This document shows, piece after piece, positions 1 to 13,249 of a stretch of DNA of 41,014 bases. Location: assembly GCF_006345805.1 (NCBI RefSeq), contig NW_021829872.1, positions 1 to 41,014 on the forward strand, read 5' to 3'. The stretch's first letter is position 1. Each line of letters begins with the position of its first letter. The stretch is from Octopus sinensis. Its lineage: Eukaryota. Both the position numbers and the translations under genes were made by a program. The notes under the pieces were generated by a model. The model saw nothing but the letters and a program-made list of their open reading frames with translations, had not been told where the DNA came from and searched no databases.

Positions 1-800
1 GAGGATATTATCGAAAATGTTCGCCTCAAAAATGGACATCTTGTTTGATTTAGTTGATCTACGAGATTTTTGCTGACTTTTGTTTGGGTTGGATTCTTTT
101 TCCAATTTTATTGGAAAAGATCTCTAAAAATAAATCTGCCACGGAGTTGTCAAGTGCAATAAAGAGTACAATTTTATGTGTAGAAAATCAAAAAATTTGC
201 ACAAGGATAATGGAAGGAAATTTGCACATGAAAAAATGTTCGAGTCATACTCAACGTGTGCTATAAAACACATCAGGGGACGTCCTTTGACGCAGGTACA
301 GATCGAGCGCCTGAATTAGATATTGAAATTCGTGATTTTTTAACGTGGTTTTTAAAGAACTTGTATTTAAAATGGATTGACGGCATTGAGAAATTTCAAA
401 TTCTTATAATTCTGTCCAGCATTCAACAACTTTAACTCTCCATTCAAATTAATTTTTGGAGCTTCTGTCGATGAAATCATAAATAATCATTAACAAAGAG
501 GAAATGAGGAAATACTCTAGTAATTGATTCGTGATATGAAGAAACACAAACTGAAGCTACTGAATATCATCGTGGTTTTGGTTATCAATAACAAAAGAAA
601 CTTAAAATTTAGACAATGCTGAAAGAAAAATGTTAACAAAAAGAATGTGGAAAAATGATATTACTATTTTGTAATATCAACGATCGAGTCGTCATAAGGT
701 GTATATTGATAATAATTATACATTCATATATTATGTTAAAGAAGTATCTGCCACATGAATGATTGATCTAGAAAAGATTGTCAGGAATGATTGCCAACCC
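1..800 (+). mobile_element. Degraded Ginger/Gypsy-type integrase remnant (5' part outside window)
   Basis: Frame-hopping translation gives DLVDLRDF..WIL..KNKSATE (first catalytic D region), IKHIRGRP..QIERLN (catalytic E region) and KWIDGIEK..YNS.QHSTT, in the expected integrase order. No TIR seen; end coordinate approximate. Confidence 0.55.
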
Positions 801-967
801 TGTGAGAAGGATGAGTGTGCCCATCGAAGAGATTGGCTTTAGCTCAAAGAGGAGGAGAATCGAGTGAGAGGACGCATTAATTAGTTCAATTGATAAATAA
901 TTAGTTTTGACTTATTTATATGTGATAGTGCTTTCCAGCACCCTGCATGTCACAAGACAACCTGGAC

Positions 968-1332
968 TGGTACAGGCCTGGTCTAGCTGGGAATCATAGA
1001 AATTTTAAAACATATTCAATAAGCACAAACTTGCATATTTAACGGATTTATAAGAACATAAAGAAATATCCGTTTATAGTTTATATAAAAAGCTCACATT
1101 AAACGATGTTGTGATATTTGTTAAAATGGCATGGGAAGATGTATCGCAACATATTATTTTAAATTGTTTTGGAATTCTAAATAATGATAACGTGAAAAAT
1201 AAATCAGAAGATTGTATACCAGTAGAAAGGACAGATATTTTTAATCCGTTGGATATTGAAGAATTTTTTGCATATGAATATGCAGAAAATGATACAATAG
1301 AAGAGATGGAAAATTGCGGAAACATTGAATAA
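968..1332 (+). mobile_element. Tigger/pogo DDE_1 transposase C-terminal remnant
   Basis: FNKHKLAYLTDL*EHKEI..YKKLTLNDVVIFVKMAWEDVSQHIILNCF. Closely resembles the minus-strand element at 32540-32974 (FNKHKLAYLIDLLEHQEI..YKKLTL), so same family. Confidence 0.65.
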
Positions 1333-1599
1333 ATCGTTCAGTATGTTCTATATTTTATGAGTTTTAATATAATTACAGGGGCAACAAAATTGGAGTCGTT
1401 ATTTTGATTTTTTGATTATTTTTATAATTCAAATTTCTATTATTTATTTTGTGTTTGCAAGCACATCGATAGGAATGAGACTGGCTTGCCTACCCGAATC
1501 AGTGTGCAAATAAAAGATGTATTGACCAGAAGTAGAACATTATTTAATTAATTTTTAACTTCTTGACATTAAGTAATGAAAGAACTGTTCGCTAATTTA

Positions 1600-1780
1600 A
1601 ACTAGTCGCCGAGCGGATGGACAAGCAATTCCCACGCAATATCGAGAACGATATCCGTTGAAAAAACCAGCTTATTTCACTACCGTCATGACTCCTTCCA
1701 GAGATGGCTGAATCAATTTCCCACTGATCTCGAAAGTCAGGGGAATGAAGCAGCAGGTATCGGTCAACGAGGCCTATTTT
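1600..1780 (-). mobile_element. CRE-clade non-LTR retrotransposon, 3' end fragment
   Basis: Minus-strand translation ..EISWFFQRISFSILRGNCLSI.. matches the FQRISIAIQRGN-type C-terminal motif of CRE elements. Confidence 0.55.
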
Positions 1781-4480
1781 GTATTTTGCAGTTTTCCTAA
1801 ATTCGGCAAATTTTGCACGTATCTATAACTTCTTCGGATATTGTAATATAGTCAAATCGATTTGATCATACAAGTGGTATTTTTGATCATTCGAATTTTC
1901 ATCAATATCTTTGAAAAAATAGCTAATACCATCAAATAAAACAGAACAGCAAAAGGTCCTCTGTACAACGTTAGACCAATAATTCTGTTTACAACAATAG
2001 AACGATAAATCTACTAACTTCCTTTACCAAACACTATCCATCATCGCATTACACTGAATAAAAAATAAAGTTAACCAAAGAGTTTTCAGACCAAAGAGTT
2101 TTCGGACAGGCAGGTCTACTGCTGATGTAATGTGAGTGCACAGACAGTATTGTACTCTTTACCAAAATAAAAAAAATCTATCTCAATACTTAGCATTAAT
2201 ATGTCCCGAGCTTTTGATTTGATTCACCAGGAGAACTTATGGAATTTCTGAAAAGTTTTCTTCACCATGATAACAGTGAAAAAATAATCCTGCTTAATCA
2301 GAAAATTCATCTTTCTGTCCAAATTGGCAAATTTGCCTCCTACTTTTTTGGACTTCACGTGGAGTTTCACAAGGGGATTCACTGTCCGCGGTCCTCTTTG
2401 TTGTTTAACTTTAAGCAGCGTAATAAGAAAGTTCAGAACTCTTGCTGGCAAATATTAAGAAAAGATGATTTATGCGAACGAGTTCGACTTTGTTTCTTAA
2501 AATATTCAAACACTACACTACATTCGCAAGAAAATCCAATAGGCATTATCAATATTTTTTGCTATTTAGATAATTGACCTGACCGATTGGGACAGTGACA
2601 ATAGATAAAATAAAAATCATTCTTGGTTTTTAATTTTATTAAAAAATGTTGGGATTCAAAATTTTCCCCAATTTCTTAGAATGTCGTAATTTATTTAAAT
2701 TTGTCCTATTTTTCATCCATTGGTAATTTATTGTTAAAGCCAAAAAAACTGGTTAAAGTAATTATTGTTAGTAAATTTATTTAAGCAATTAGTTTTTCAA
2801 TTGAATCGACATCCTTTAGAAGCATTCTCTTTTTCTTATAAATTACATATTAATAAACTAATACATTATATCTTCTAACAAATTTTATTCCTACACAAAT
2901 AATAGATAGTGCTATTAATGAAACTCCGAGAGAAATTAATGAAATTTGAATTATATAACGATTTTTATCATACTAAAATATATTCTAAACAAATAAAATA
3001 CAACCCAGGTGTGGAATCTGTTCTTGAAAGATGAATTTTTATTTTCAGATTTCACTTTTTTATTAGATATATTTAACAAATTTTTCATTATAGCAAATAA
3101 AAATGTAGCTTTCTCAAACAATATATCCTTTAGAGATTCTTGGTATTTATCCACTTGTTTATCCTTTTTTAATTTAACTTCGGTCGTTTCTTTTAAATAG
3201 GTCAATGAATGAGGAAAATACCAGTTGAAATTGACTTATTAATGTTGCCTGGTGTTTGATAAATATCTGGAGATGTTGTACGTACAAGAAAAAACAGATT
3301 TGATAAAATCTAGGTGTTAGATAAAGTTAAATACCAAAAAAATCATTACACTAAAAATTATTCAAGACTGTTCTATATGTTATTTCTTTTTAGAATTCTA
3401 GGTTATATTATTAAAAAATTTCACATAATTATTAAAAAATTAAAATATAATAATTTTATTAATAATTCTCAATTACAATATAAATTTAAAATTTTAATAT
3501 AATTACAGTGAAAACAAAAATTTGATTTGCTATTTATCTGGGCTGATGATAGGGCGTATTATAAGATACATTGACATAGAGATTTCGGAAGATTAAGTCG
3601 ATAAAAGGAGATTCACTTTAGATAGGACTTATAAAAAAAGATATTTCTGTCATAAAAGAAACTAAAAGATAGTTTCAGGTTTAGGGATATATTCATTTTT
3701 GTAAGTCGTATTGAACATGTCGGGATATTCAATGTACGCTATCTTCCGATAATTAGCAAAATTATGTCACTTTGCAAAAATCAAAATCCTAAAACATAAA
3801 ACAAGTGAATGAATGAATGAATTTTTTATTAAAACGGAAAAGCCGAAAAAAGAGAGAGAAAGTTAATGAGACATAAAATAAGTCAGTTACTCGTTTAAAT
3901 GGAATATAATTATTTGTTGTTTTTTTCCGGGCATATGTTTTCTAACAAGGATTTTCATAATTGTTCAATTTAAAATCAGCCTATCGTTCGAAAAAATGGC
4001 GAAAATGATATTCGGATATATCTTTCATCAGAGAATTTAGAAATATAAAGATTAGCTGTGCTAACAAAATAATTTTTTAAATTGATTACGCAAAAAATTA
4101 TTTTGATGTTCAGGGGTATGCAAAACAAAAATGTTTGAAAACCAGTGTCACTTTGCAGGCCACTTCCAACATTAATGACTAGGACATTTAATGACTTGTT
4201 TAATTTTCCTGCCTCCACTCTATACTGGACAATTCTGTCGGTCCCAAAAGGTTTGACTGAAATGTATTTAATTAATTATAAATTGAATACGAAACATGTT
4301 TCTTCCAGTACAGAGCACGGTTGAATACGATTCGTTAAAAAAATCAATACTCAATATACCGATTCAAAAAGTTAACTAACAAAATGGAAAACTTTACTAA
4401 TGACAGAACCTTAAATTTTTTAAAAATGAAGTTTTATATTGAAACAAAGCTTCCTATAAATTAGTCAAATTATTTACAAC

Positions 4481-5890
4481 CAGGGTTTTTAAAAATCATA
4501 ATTTTTATTAAGAAAATCAAAAAAATCTGACTTTTTGATTTAAACAGGATTTTTTAAAATTTAAATCAGATTTTTATAAAATAAATGTTTTTTATTCAAA
4601 ATAAAACAAATAATAGAAATCGTATTTATCTATTTAAATGCTTGTAATAAAGACAAATTTCGCGGCCTTTTCAATTCCAAACCTATTTCGTACATTCGAA
4701 TGTATGAATCCACAACTCAAAAAATTCGTAATATTCAACCTTTCCAAAAATTTTTTCAAAAAGTGTAATTGTTTCAGTAGGTAACTGACAAGAGTTCAAC
4801 TCCCACCAAAATATAGGTGATACATTAAATTTAGAACGAACATTTATTGCTTTAATGATTCAGTTCTTGCTCTAAAATTAATCAGAGTTTGGAAAGCATA
4901 TTCATAATGTTCAGCACAATACTCCAAAGCGAGGTGAATCTCTATATTTGAAAGAGATTTCTCACAACATGATGGGTCCATTAGATTCGCAAGTAAGTGG
5001 AAAGATGTTAATCAGCTCGAGTTTTCACTTTTTCTAAGATAGTCGCACATTCATAGTCCATATAAGTTGTTCAAGTTCCTTCCAAATTTCTACAGCATGG
5101 CAAATCTTCGTAGAATCATTTTTTATTTTGTTTAAAGCGACAGCAATTGGTTTAATCAGCCCAAATATTCTTCAACACGACGTTATAGGCAAATATTTTG
5201 AACTCTGGAAAAAATATCTGTATCAATGTCAGATCTGTGTTCTTCACAAATTCTCAAAATTGTAGACCAATTATCCAGATAAGATTCAAAACAATCTGAT
5301 TAAGTGTTCTAGCGAACATCAATCGGAAGAACAAGTTTTTTTCCTCCAGCAGATTTGTGCTATGCAACTAGAAGATAGACATTTCAAAAATATTTATTTA
5401 TTTTTACGATGGTTTCTTTAACGTCAGCTACTTCTACATCTTTTTCAAAAAGGTTTAGACAATGTTCCGAGCAGCCATAGTTAATAATTTCACTGTCATT
5501 TTGCATTATTATCCGCCTCCTTTTAGCCATGTTGGCAGCATTGCGCGTCACAAGACTGCCAATTTTACATCCAAATATTGCTCGGCAGTCCTCGATCGAG
5601 CAATGGACCACCAATTTGATGACGAGAAGGTAAAAGATAGCCAGGAAGAAACATTTAGACAAATTGAACAAATTCAAGATGTTCTACAGCAGCAAAACGA
5701 GTGTTAGTAAAATACTACTCGACTGCCAGTCTTTCCATAAATAATATGTTTATCAAAGTGAACTCACAAGGAATCACGCCTTCAACCAGACATTTAATCA
5801 ATTTAGATAATTTTAATTTGTTTGATTTTTTAATGATTTAAATCATTGATTTTTTGTTGATTAAAATCAAATTCTTTAAATCAACTCTTT
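4481..5890 (-). mobile_element. Old hAT transposase pseudogene with gatttaaatc-rich ends
   Basis: VTRNAANMAKRRR..INYGCSEHCLNLFEKD..KETIVKINKYF (hAT VTDNA / CxxH region), then LIKPIAVALNKI..AVEIWKEL. CAGGGTT start at 4481 and gatttaaatc-like repeats at both ends. No TSD recovered; boundaries approximate. Confidence 0.7.
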
Positions 5891-5899
5891 CATAATATT

Positions 5900-6760
5900 C
5901 ATTGCGGGTAATTTCAATGCCAAAGTAGGCACTCAAAAACAATTAGAACAATTCATGGGAAGAAATGGATTCGGTATAGGAAACTTATCTGGATGCTTCC
6001 TCACGAATTTCTGTCCCTTATATGACTTATTTATATTATGCAAACAAAGAAAAAACTGATTTTGTGTAAGTAACAAGATCAAATGACAAAATCGATGAAA
6101 GATGGCGCCATGTACAAAAACTTGACTCTCTTCTGAGAGACAGTGAGAATATTGTAAGGAGAAAAATGCTGACATCTGCATTAATGCACAAACTCTGGAA
6201 TGAATGGCTATCATGTATCAGCGAATGTTCAACTCCGGACAAGGCTTTACAATGCCTTTTTGAAACCCGTGTTAATTTATAGCTCCTCCACTTGGGGTTA
6301 CACAGATACGGAACTGACACGTCTTGACAGTTTCCACAGAGGACAATTGAAAAAATTCTTCAAAATGCAGTGGCCCTATCGAATATCCCGGGAGTCGTTA
6401 TACAGAAAGTGTTCTACAAGGCCACTTTGCATTAACATTTCTGAATCCCGCTGAAAGCTATTTGGACACATACTGCGAATGGACCACTCCGCACTTGCAA
6501 ATACGGTGATGGAGGATTACTTCCAATGCGACAAACCACGTTTCCGTGGACGCCTACGCACTACGTTACCTGTCGTTCTGAAACCGGACCTCGCACAAAT
6601 CAAATCCTGGCTCAAGACCGGTGATGACTTGGACAGGCTGCGGCCCACAGTCCTTAACCGAGGAAAATGGAGGAGACTCGTTACTAATATTGTTTTGGGT
6701 GTTGCACATGTGGGACTATAATTAATATGGCCCTACAATAAGTGGGTTAATAATAATGGT
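5900..6760 (+). mobile_element. RTE-clade non-LTR retrotransposon, internally deleted
   Basis: APE motif GNFNAKVG..MGRNGFG.GN.SG..LTNFC is fused to the RT C-terminus RTRLYNAFLKPVLIYSSSTW..RLDSFHR..LFGHILRM..RGRLRTTL..DDLDRLR..NRGKWRRLV. A short (TAA)n tail lies near 6748. Confidence 0.85.
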
Positions 6761-7099
6761 TTTCCGAACTTTAACGCCGAAAGAGAAAGCATTAGTGTTA
6801 ACCCTTCATCCATTTATGTTGATGCGTCAAGCATTATCATTAGTCATCAAGAATTAGCATTTCTCTATGGAGTGGCCAATTTAAGTGAGCGTATTCTCCT
6901 AAAGATTATGATCACCTGGTGTCTGGTGTTAGTGTATCAAGCATGATATACGCGATTTTGCATACAGAAAAGGCACGTCATCTTGGAGCCTAACTATGTA
7001 CGGTTTCAAAAGTGAACAAGTCATAGATGTGAAAGGGTTGATCCAAGTACAAAAAGAGTTTTTTTTATAAAAAAAAATTGGTGCTGTGCTATATGTTGA

Positions 7100-7255
7100 T
7101 ATTAGACGCTCTAGAAAGTTACGAACTCATAGGGTGCAATTTGTAGTAGAGAACGCCAGAGTATGCGTTAAAGTGAATATTACCATTTACACCTCGGTTG
7201 TTGTCTAGCACAATAAGCCAGACATTGTGGTACAAGATAAGATCTCTGTTGAGAT
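7100..7255 (+). mobile_element. R4/NeSL-like non-LTR REL-endonuclease fragment
   Basis: RSRKLRTHRVQFVVENARV.VKVNITI..HNKPDIVVQDK; parallels the longer fragment at 8440-9060. Confidence 0.6.
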
Positions 7256-7489
7256 ACTTATCATTTATGCACAGATTCAAAATCAATGTCATTTCTTGCG
7301 TACTATTTCCAAACTTGTCATGCAGACGGGTAGTCGGATTAATTTAGTTAACTTTTAATTATCTGTTTTTCGTTAAATAAAGCATATTCTTTTAATAACG
7401 AATTTGACTTTTGTTCGGAAATCTTGTATTGGTATTGTCTAGTTTTGTTGAAACATCCAAATTTTTTAAAAATTAATTTAATGTTATCA

Positions 7490-8130
7490 AATATCAGATG
7501 ACAGAAAAAAGGAGTAAATTATATGGCAGCGGTGAAGAGGCAGTGTGCGTTGCCACAAACGATAGCCAGGCGGATGCGCTGGAAGAACCAGTAACACTCT
7601 CCCGGATCCTTAAGCCTCCTCACAATTGACAACCCGACCTTGTTAAGAAACAAATGAGTGTCCCTTCCCGCGGTTCCAGGGCAATTAGTACAGCACGGTA
7701 GCGGTCCGCCAGGGCTGAATACTTTTCCAATTTTATCTTTTTGGCGTGGTTTGCAGCCGAACGAGGGTTCGCAGTGGAAAAAACGATTCTCGACTTTGAA
7801 AACGTATCAACAACAGTTACATCCCACAACAAGCTCTCCCTGACGAGTAAGGGAATATTGTTATCCCGTCAGGCTTTTTGCCGTCCCACTATCGAGTACG
7901 ACCAGTTCGAGGAGGCAGAAATGGAAACCGGCCTTTAAGATTTTGTTGAGGGTTTTGTGTCTGTGTGCCCTGCCTGCACTCATCTTGCAGGACAGTGGGT
8001 GCAGTCCCTTTTCGTAAACAGTCTTATCGCATCTGCAGCGGTGTTCAGCACAGACGTCCAAGCCGAGTCAGAGAGCGACTTCGATCAGCATGGCAGCATC
8101 ATCTAGCAACGTCCCAATACTGGAACATCC
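7490..8130 (-). mobile_element. CRE-clade non-LTR retrotransposon 3' part (zinc knuckle + REL endonuclease)
   Basis: HRCRCD..GLHPLSCKMSAGRAHRHKTLN, K(R)PDG, LWDVTVVDT..AANHAKKIKLEKYSAL, FFQRIRLAI. Confidence 0.85.
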
Positions 8131-8439
8131 AAATTGAATATAAAAAAATATGATAAATTTTATGGTGAAATTTGTAGATAATATTGATGTCGAGAGATTA
8201 AATATAATTCATCCATTAGGACGGAATGACAATATTTCCATTTTAACAAGGTAAGTCACTTGTGTTGAATACAATACAACGTGAACGGAAATTTGGTTGT
8301 ATTTGAACATTATCTTGTCAGTAAAATCCTTGGGGTATGCTAGCGTAATTGGATATTAAATTCCAATATGACTTTTAATGGATTCAAAAATCATATTTAA
8401 TCGATCTATCTACTTCTTCTCAATGGCTCTCAAAGGGCA

Positions 8440-9060
8440 ACAATGGTCCACGGTGCGAAGCATTGTACTGTCTTTTGAAAGATAAGAATTTGCTTTTTGC
8501 ATACGTTGGATCACTGCGTCTATTGAAAACAATCAAACAGACTTTTGACCATCTAGCAACGCGGTGTAGTAGGATGTTAAACAGTGATTATCTCCGAAGA
8601 CATAATGAGGTGGTTAAGTGTATCCATCTTCACTTATGTCGATTGTATGGAATTTGCGAAGTAGGAAATTGAAAGGACATTCGGTTGTGACAGTCCAAAA
8701 TGTCGAAATCAGAGTTGACACGTTAATTATTACTGAAACAAAATGTCCAATTCAATAAACCTGACATTTTTATGTATGACAAGAGGAAAAAAGAAATAAA
8801 TTTAATCAAAGTGGAGATTACTTACAAGATCGTTTAAACTTTAAAGCAAGTTGAAATTATGAAATTTCATAAATACGACCTGCTTGGAAACGAACCATCG
8901 ATCTTCTATAAAGAAAAAGTACAGATTATTTTAATTGTCTTGACATGGGATGGAGTTGCCTTAAAATTCTTTAAAAGTCACATGGATAAGTTATCCATTG
9001 AAGAAGCAACTAGTACATTCAGTCGCTTGTGCTGAAAAGGACGTTCTAGAGCAGTGATTC
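8440..9060 (+). mobile_element. R4/NeSL-like non-LTR retrotransposon C-terminal (CCHC + REL) fragment
   Basis: DHLATRCSRMLNSDYLRRHNEVVKCIHLHLC, NKPDIF.YDKRKKEI, KYDLLGNE, TWDGV; several frameshifts. Confidence 0.85.
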
Positions 9061-10012
9061 TTAACTTGCGGAGCTAGCATGTCGCGAGGACACTCAGATG
9101 AACAATTATTTTGATGTAGAAATGGAAAATTAGGGGAAGTTTATGGCAAACTCTTCTTCCAAACAAAGAAGAGAATCACTGACTATCTGGATTCTTAATT
9201 ATTATTAAAAAACGTTCACAGAACCATCGAATATAAATTAACTAAGGTCCCGTTTGTGCCACACGTTTCAAGATTATATTCACCAAGTCCTACCACTTTT
9301 AATTTATAATACTGTCATTCTGTAATCAAACCTCCACACTCTGTGAATTCTCCTAACAAAACAACTGTGGATAGAAAAGGTAACTCCGAAGTGATTGCAT
9401 TTGGAGTTTAAAAATAGAAGTTGCATCGTTCACATTTGTCTCCTGAAGAGTGGAAATAGTGACCTTATATGATGTTAAGTCGATTATTAGGTTCTCCCTT
9501 TTTTCTTTAAGCCTCGAACGTTAAATTACACCAAAGTGAACAGATTATTCGAAACATGTGAAAAAGACATGACTTTAAGAATCACGTTACCGTTTGACCA
9601 AGAAATAATTCTTAATTAAATAATTTAGAATAGAATTTACATAATTAAGTCATAATAAAATTTATCTATTTAGTTCATGAATATTTAAATTAAAAAATAT
9701 AAAAAGAAATAAATTATTAATATCTAAAATTGGGTGTTTGCAAGTTTTGGAAGGAACTACGTGCTTAAAAATATCTATCTAGTGATTTTTGAAATGTTAG
9801 TTTTACTTATTTGTTTTCAGCTACAACTATGCACATAAGTAAGTTTAATAATTAGGTTTGTTAGATTGATGATTTGGGAAAATAAAACAATTACTATAAC
9901 CCAAATTGCTTTAATTTAACAGGTAAGAATTTCAAAATAAAATATTATTTTTAGAAGTATACGAAGAAGTATATGCCAATCGTTATAAATTTGCAACAAG
10001 ATTTTGTGGATA

Positions 10013-11385
10013 CAGTCCGACCCCACAATGGGGCAGACCCCAGGGGTGGGGCACCCCCGCAATTTGGGGCACTTTATTCCAAAAGTACATTTTGGCAGAA
10101 AAAAAATAAAAATCGATAAAAAATATGGAATTTTTGGGGCACCATAAAATCATTTATAAGGAATATAAAATAAATAAAATTATAATAAATTATTATTTTT
10201 TGTTTTATTTTCAATTTATATTTTTATTGTTGTGGTTATGGATTACGAAACTAAATTGAAGATTGCTAAAGAAATTTTGAAGAAAATTTATCTGAGAGGC
10301 AACTAATGAAAAAGTACAACACAGTAAAGGAACAATATCAAGAATAAACCTGAGAATATATTTAATTGTGATGAAACTGCGCTTTTTATAAAAAGAACTC
10401 CTCTCAAAAATCATTTGTTGAACAAGGCGAACCGTGTTTTGGTTATAAAAGGGAAAGAAAGACTCACTGTTCTTCTATGCTGCAGTTTAATCGGGGAAAA
10501 ACTTAATCCATTGATTATTGGAAAATATAAAAAACCTCGGTGTCTAAAAAATTTTGATGTTTCAAGATTTTGGGTTATTGTATTCATCTTCTCAAATGCA
10601 TGGATGACTGGAAAGACTTTTATGATTTGGCTTACACTTATAAATGAATCGTTTTGCAAAAAACAACAGAAAAATATTATTAATACTTGACAATGCGGGA
10701 TGCCATAAAACTGCCGAATGTTCGAACATCGAATTTTTATTTTTGCCGAAAATCAACGCCCTATTTACAACCTTTGGATATGGGAATAATCAAGATTTTT
10801 AAAGATTTTATTCCTCTTTCTTAATGGAATTTTTAATGTTTTCAAGATTCGAAAACGATTTTACACATTCTATTGGTAAATTAAATTTGCGTCAGGTTAT
10901 GATGCTAATTTCAAAAGGATGGGGAAAAAAGATGCTAAAGTATTGTTAATTGTTGGAAGAAAATCGACAGGAACCGTGATTCTTATGCAACAAAAAACTG
11001 TCTAACAGATGCAACATTTAGATCAAGTTGTTAACGAAACAATTGATGGAGAATGCGAAGACATGAACAATAATGTTTATGATACATATTCAGAAACCGA
11101 AAATAGTGAAAATGTCGTACAAAAACAAAAGATCTGCTTAACAATTTAGAAGAAAAAATTTCTAATGTTGCACCAAGTATGCTCCGAGATTTTTTTGATT
11201 TTCGGCTGAAATTGACGACAATATCAGACAAACTCTACAAATAAAAAGAAAATAACTGAATATTTTAGTAAAAATGTTTTTTGATGTTTATTATGGTTTA
11301 ATTTTTAAAAAAATAACAAACCCCTGTTTTTGGGGCACCCCCGCATTTTTGGGCACTTGGTGTGCCCCATTTGGGGGTCGGACTG
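10013..11385 (+). mobile_element. Tigger/pogo DNA transposon, internally deleted, TIR-bounded
   Basis: TA|CAGTCCGACCCCACAATGGGGCA ... TGCCCCATTTGGGGGTCGGACTG|TA (~23-bp TIRs, TA at both sides). DDE_1 motifs CDETALFY, KERLTVLLCC, GKYKKPRCLK, NAWMT, LDNAGCH, QPLDMGII; frameshifted. Confidence 0.9.
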
Positions 11386-13084
11386 TATACAGATATCACA
11401 TTTACTACAGTGGTTTGGAATTTTTCAAATATAATATAGAATTTCCACACGCAAATTTTTATATTAAAGAAAATGGAAACAAGCAGGCTTGCTTTCAGAG
11501 AAAGATATGGATATTCACTTGAGAGTTTTATATTAATGGTTGATATTTTGAATTTAAATTAAAGATGAGAAATGAAACTTGATTATGGATATACGTATCC
11601 TAACAAAACAGTCGATCTAGAAGAGTTAATGATTTTTCTTTCACCTATTGGCTATTCCAAATAAAGATGCTATTTCTTTCGGTATTTTATATAAGATTAA
11701 ATCTAGTTTTTCCTTACGTTCTTAAAGAATTGGAGATATTTACTATCAAAACAATTTTTTCAATTTCTATTTAAAAACAAAAATAAATGAATTTAGTTCG
11801 GCTCGTATTTGTACTAATATCGACAACTAAACTCGTTGTGAAAATATCGAGAACAGTTTAATATTTTTAATATCATATTTAGATACTGTTTCTATTCAAT
11901 CATGGAATTCAAAATTAGACAAACTATTTGTAACTTTAGAATTTAATCTCAAACATGGTCTTACGGAACACTATTATATAAATAAATCAATTAAAAGAAG
12001 TGGAAAATATCTTCCGGAGAACGAAGATAATAAAGGCCTTTTATACAGAATCGAGTCAGATTGGATAGAATGGAAACAAATACAAGTTCCCTAGAAAAAC
12101 GGAACTATCTTGGATAATAGTACCAAAGATGAAGAATAAAATAGAATTAAAATGTTCTTTTGGTTGATAATATTTTAGATTTGTATATATCTTTAGTAAT
12201 ATTAACTTTTGCAGCAATTGTTATCGTTATTTTCATAAATAGTAATTAATATTTTAATGTAATAGTTTTAATATACTGGATCAAAAAAGAAAAGAAAAAC
12301 AAATGTATGAGAAAATAAATAAAACCTTATCTAGATTTTCAATGAATTATTAACTAAATTAAATAACATTTTGTTTTTAGTTTTGTTTAGGGTCTAATTC
12401 TTGCAATACTTTTATTTTTTGGATTTTTTAAATTCTTAAAATGTAAAAAATCTTTACAATTGATTTAGTTTAATTGAAATTTAAACAAAAATAGCATAAA
12501 ATCATAAAACTTCTTTTTTTAATTACTTTATTTTTAATCCGAAGTTGCCTCAATAAGCATGTTATTTTGAGAATTGAATTTGAATTAAACACTAGATTAA
12601 AAGAAGATTGTTCCGTATCTTTTTTATTTGTAATATGATTATCTTTAAATTCATTAAGAAATATAAAAATGTTGGTGTTCAAACTAACCGTGTAGTCCGT
12701 CGTGCCGTACGCTGGTGAATATGGTCGTTACCAACATTCATGACTTTCAAAATTTGATATTGATAAAATCTTGTAAATGTACAACTTCAACAACCAGTGA
12801 CAACTACAGTAAAGTCTTTCATACCCGCCACCCTTTGATAACCGGTACAAAAATATTTATTAAATAGAGAAATCTTGATATTTGCAATTTTTAATAAACG
12901 CCACATTTTTAGAAGTCCTATTTTTTAGCGGATATAAGAGACTTTACTAAACATATAAATCCTAAAAATACAAACTTAAAAGAAAACCAATCAATTTATA
13001 ATCTTTATTCGTTCTAAATCCTCAAGACTATCTTTTGATCCAAAAATAATTTATATCCTGAGGAGCTCTTTTTATTTTTATGTT

Positions 13085-13225
13085 ACGCACGTGCTGAAAT
13101 CTTATGATTTCTTGGTTCGGAGTTCTGCTGAAAAAATTCTTAATGTACATTTCGATAATATTTCCTGGTGTAGGCTAAACTTCCTGTGAGTCACGGAGGT
13201 CTGGGCCTCCGTTCCAGAGCCCTTT
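13085..13225 (+). mobile_element. CRE-clade RT C-terminal fragment
   Basis: ..SAEKILNVHFDNISW..KLPVSHGGLGLRS (LP..GGLG.R motif). The same element type resumes at 14455, beyond the Ginger insertion. Confidence 0.6.
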
Positions 13226-13249
13226 AAGTAATTAAAATATAATAAAATA

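Noticed and set aside
2239-4260. Short AT-rich ORFs as host genes
   Set aside because: No recognisable motifs and no consistent exon chain could be built; may be decayed genes but unsupported.
9250-9500. APE endonuclease fragment on the minus strand (DLTSYKVTISTLQET)
   Set aside because: A single short motif without supporting neighbours; too weak to list as a feature.
11787-12094. Possible small host gene with a 28-nt GT..AG intron
   Set aside because: Splicing the candidate intron does not join the upstream ATG frame to the downstream open frame, and no homology was recognised.
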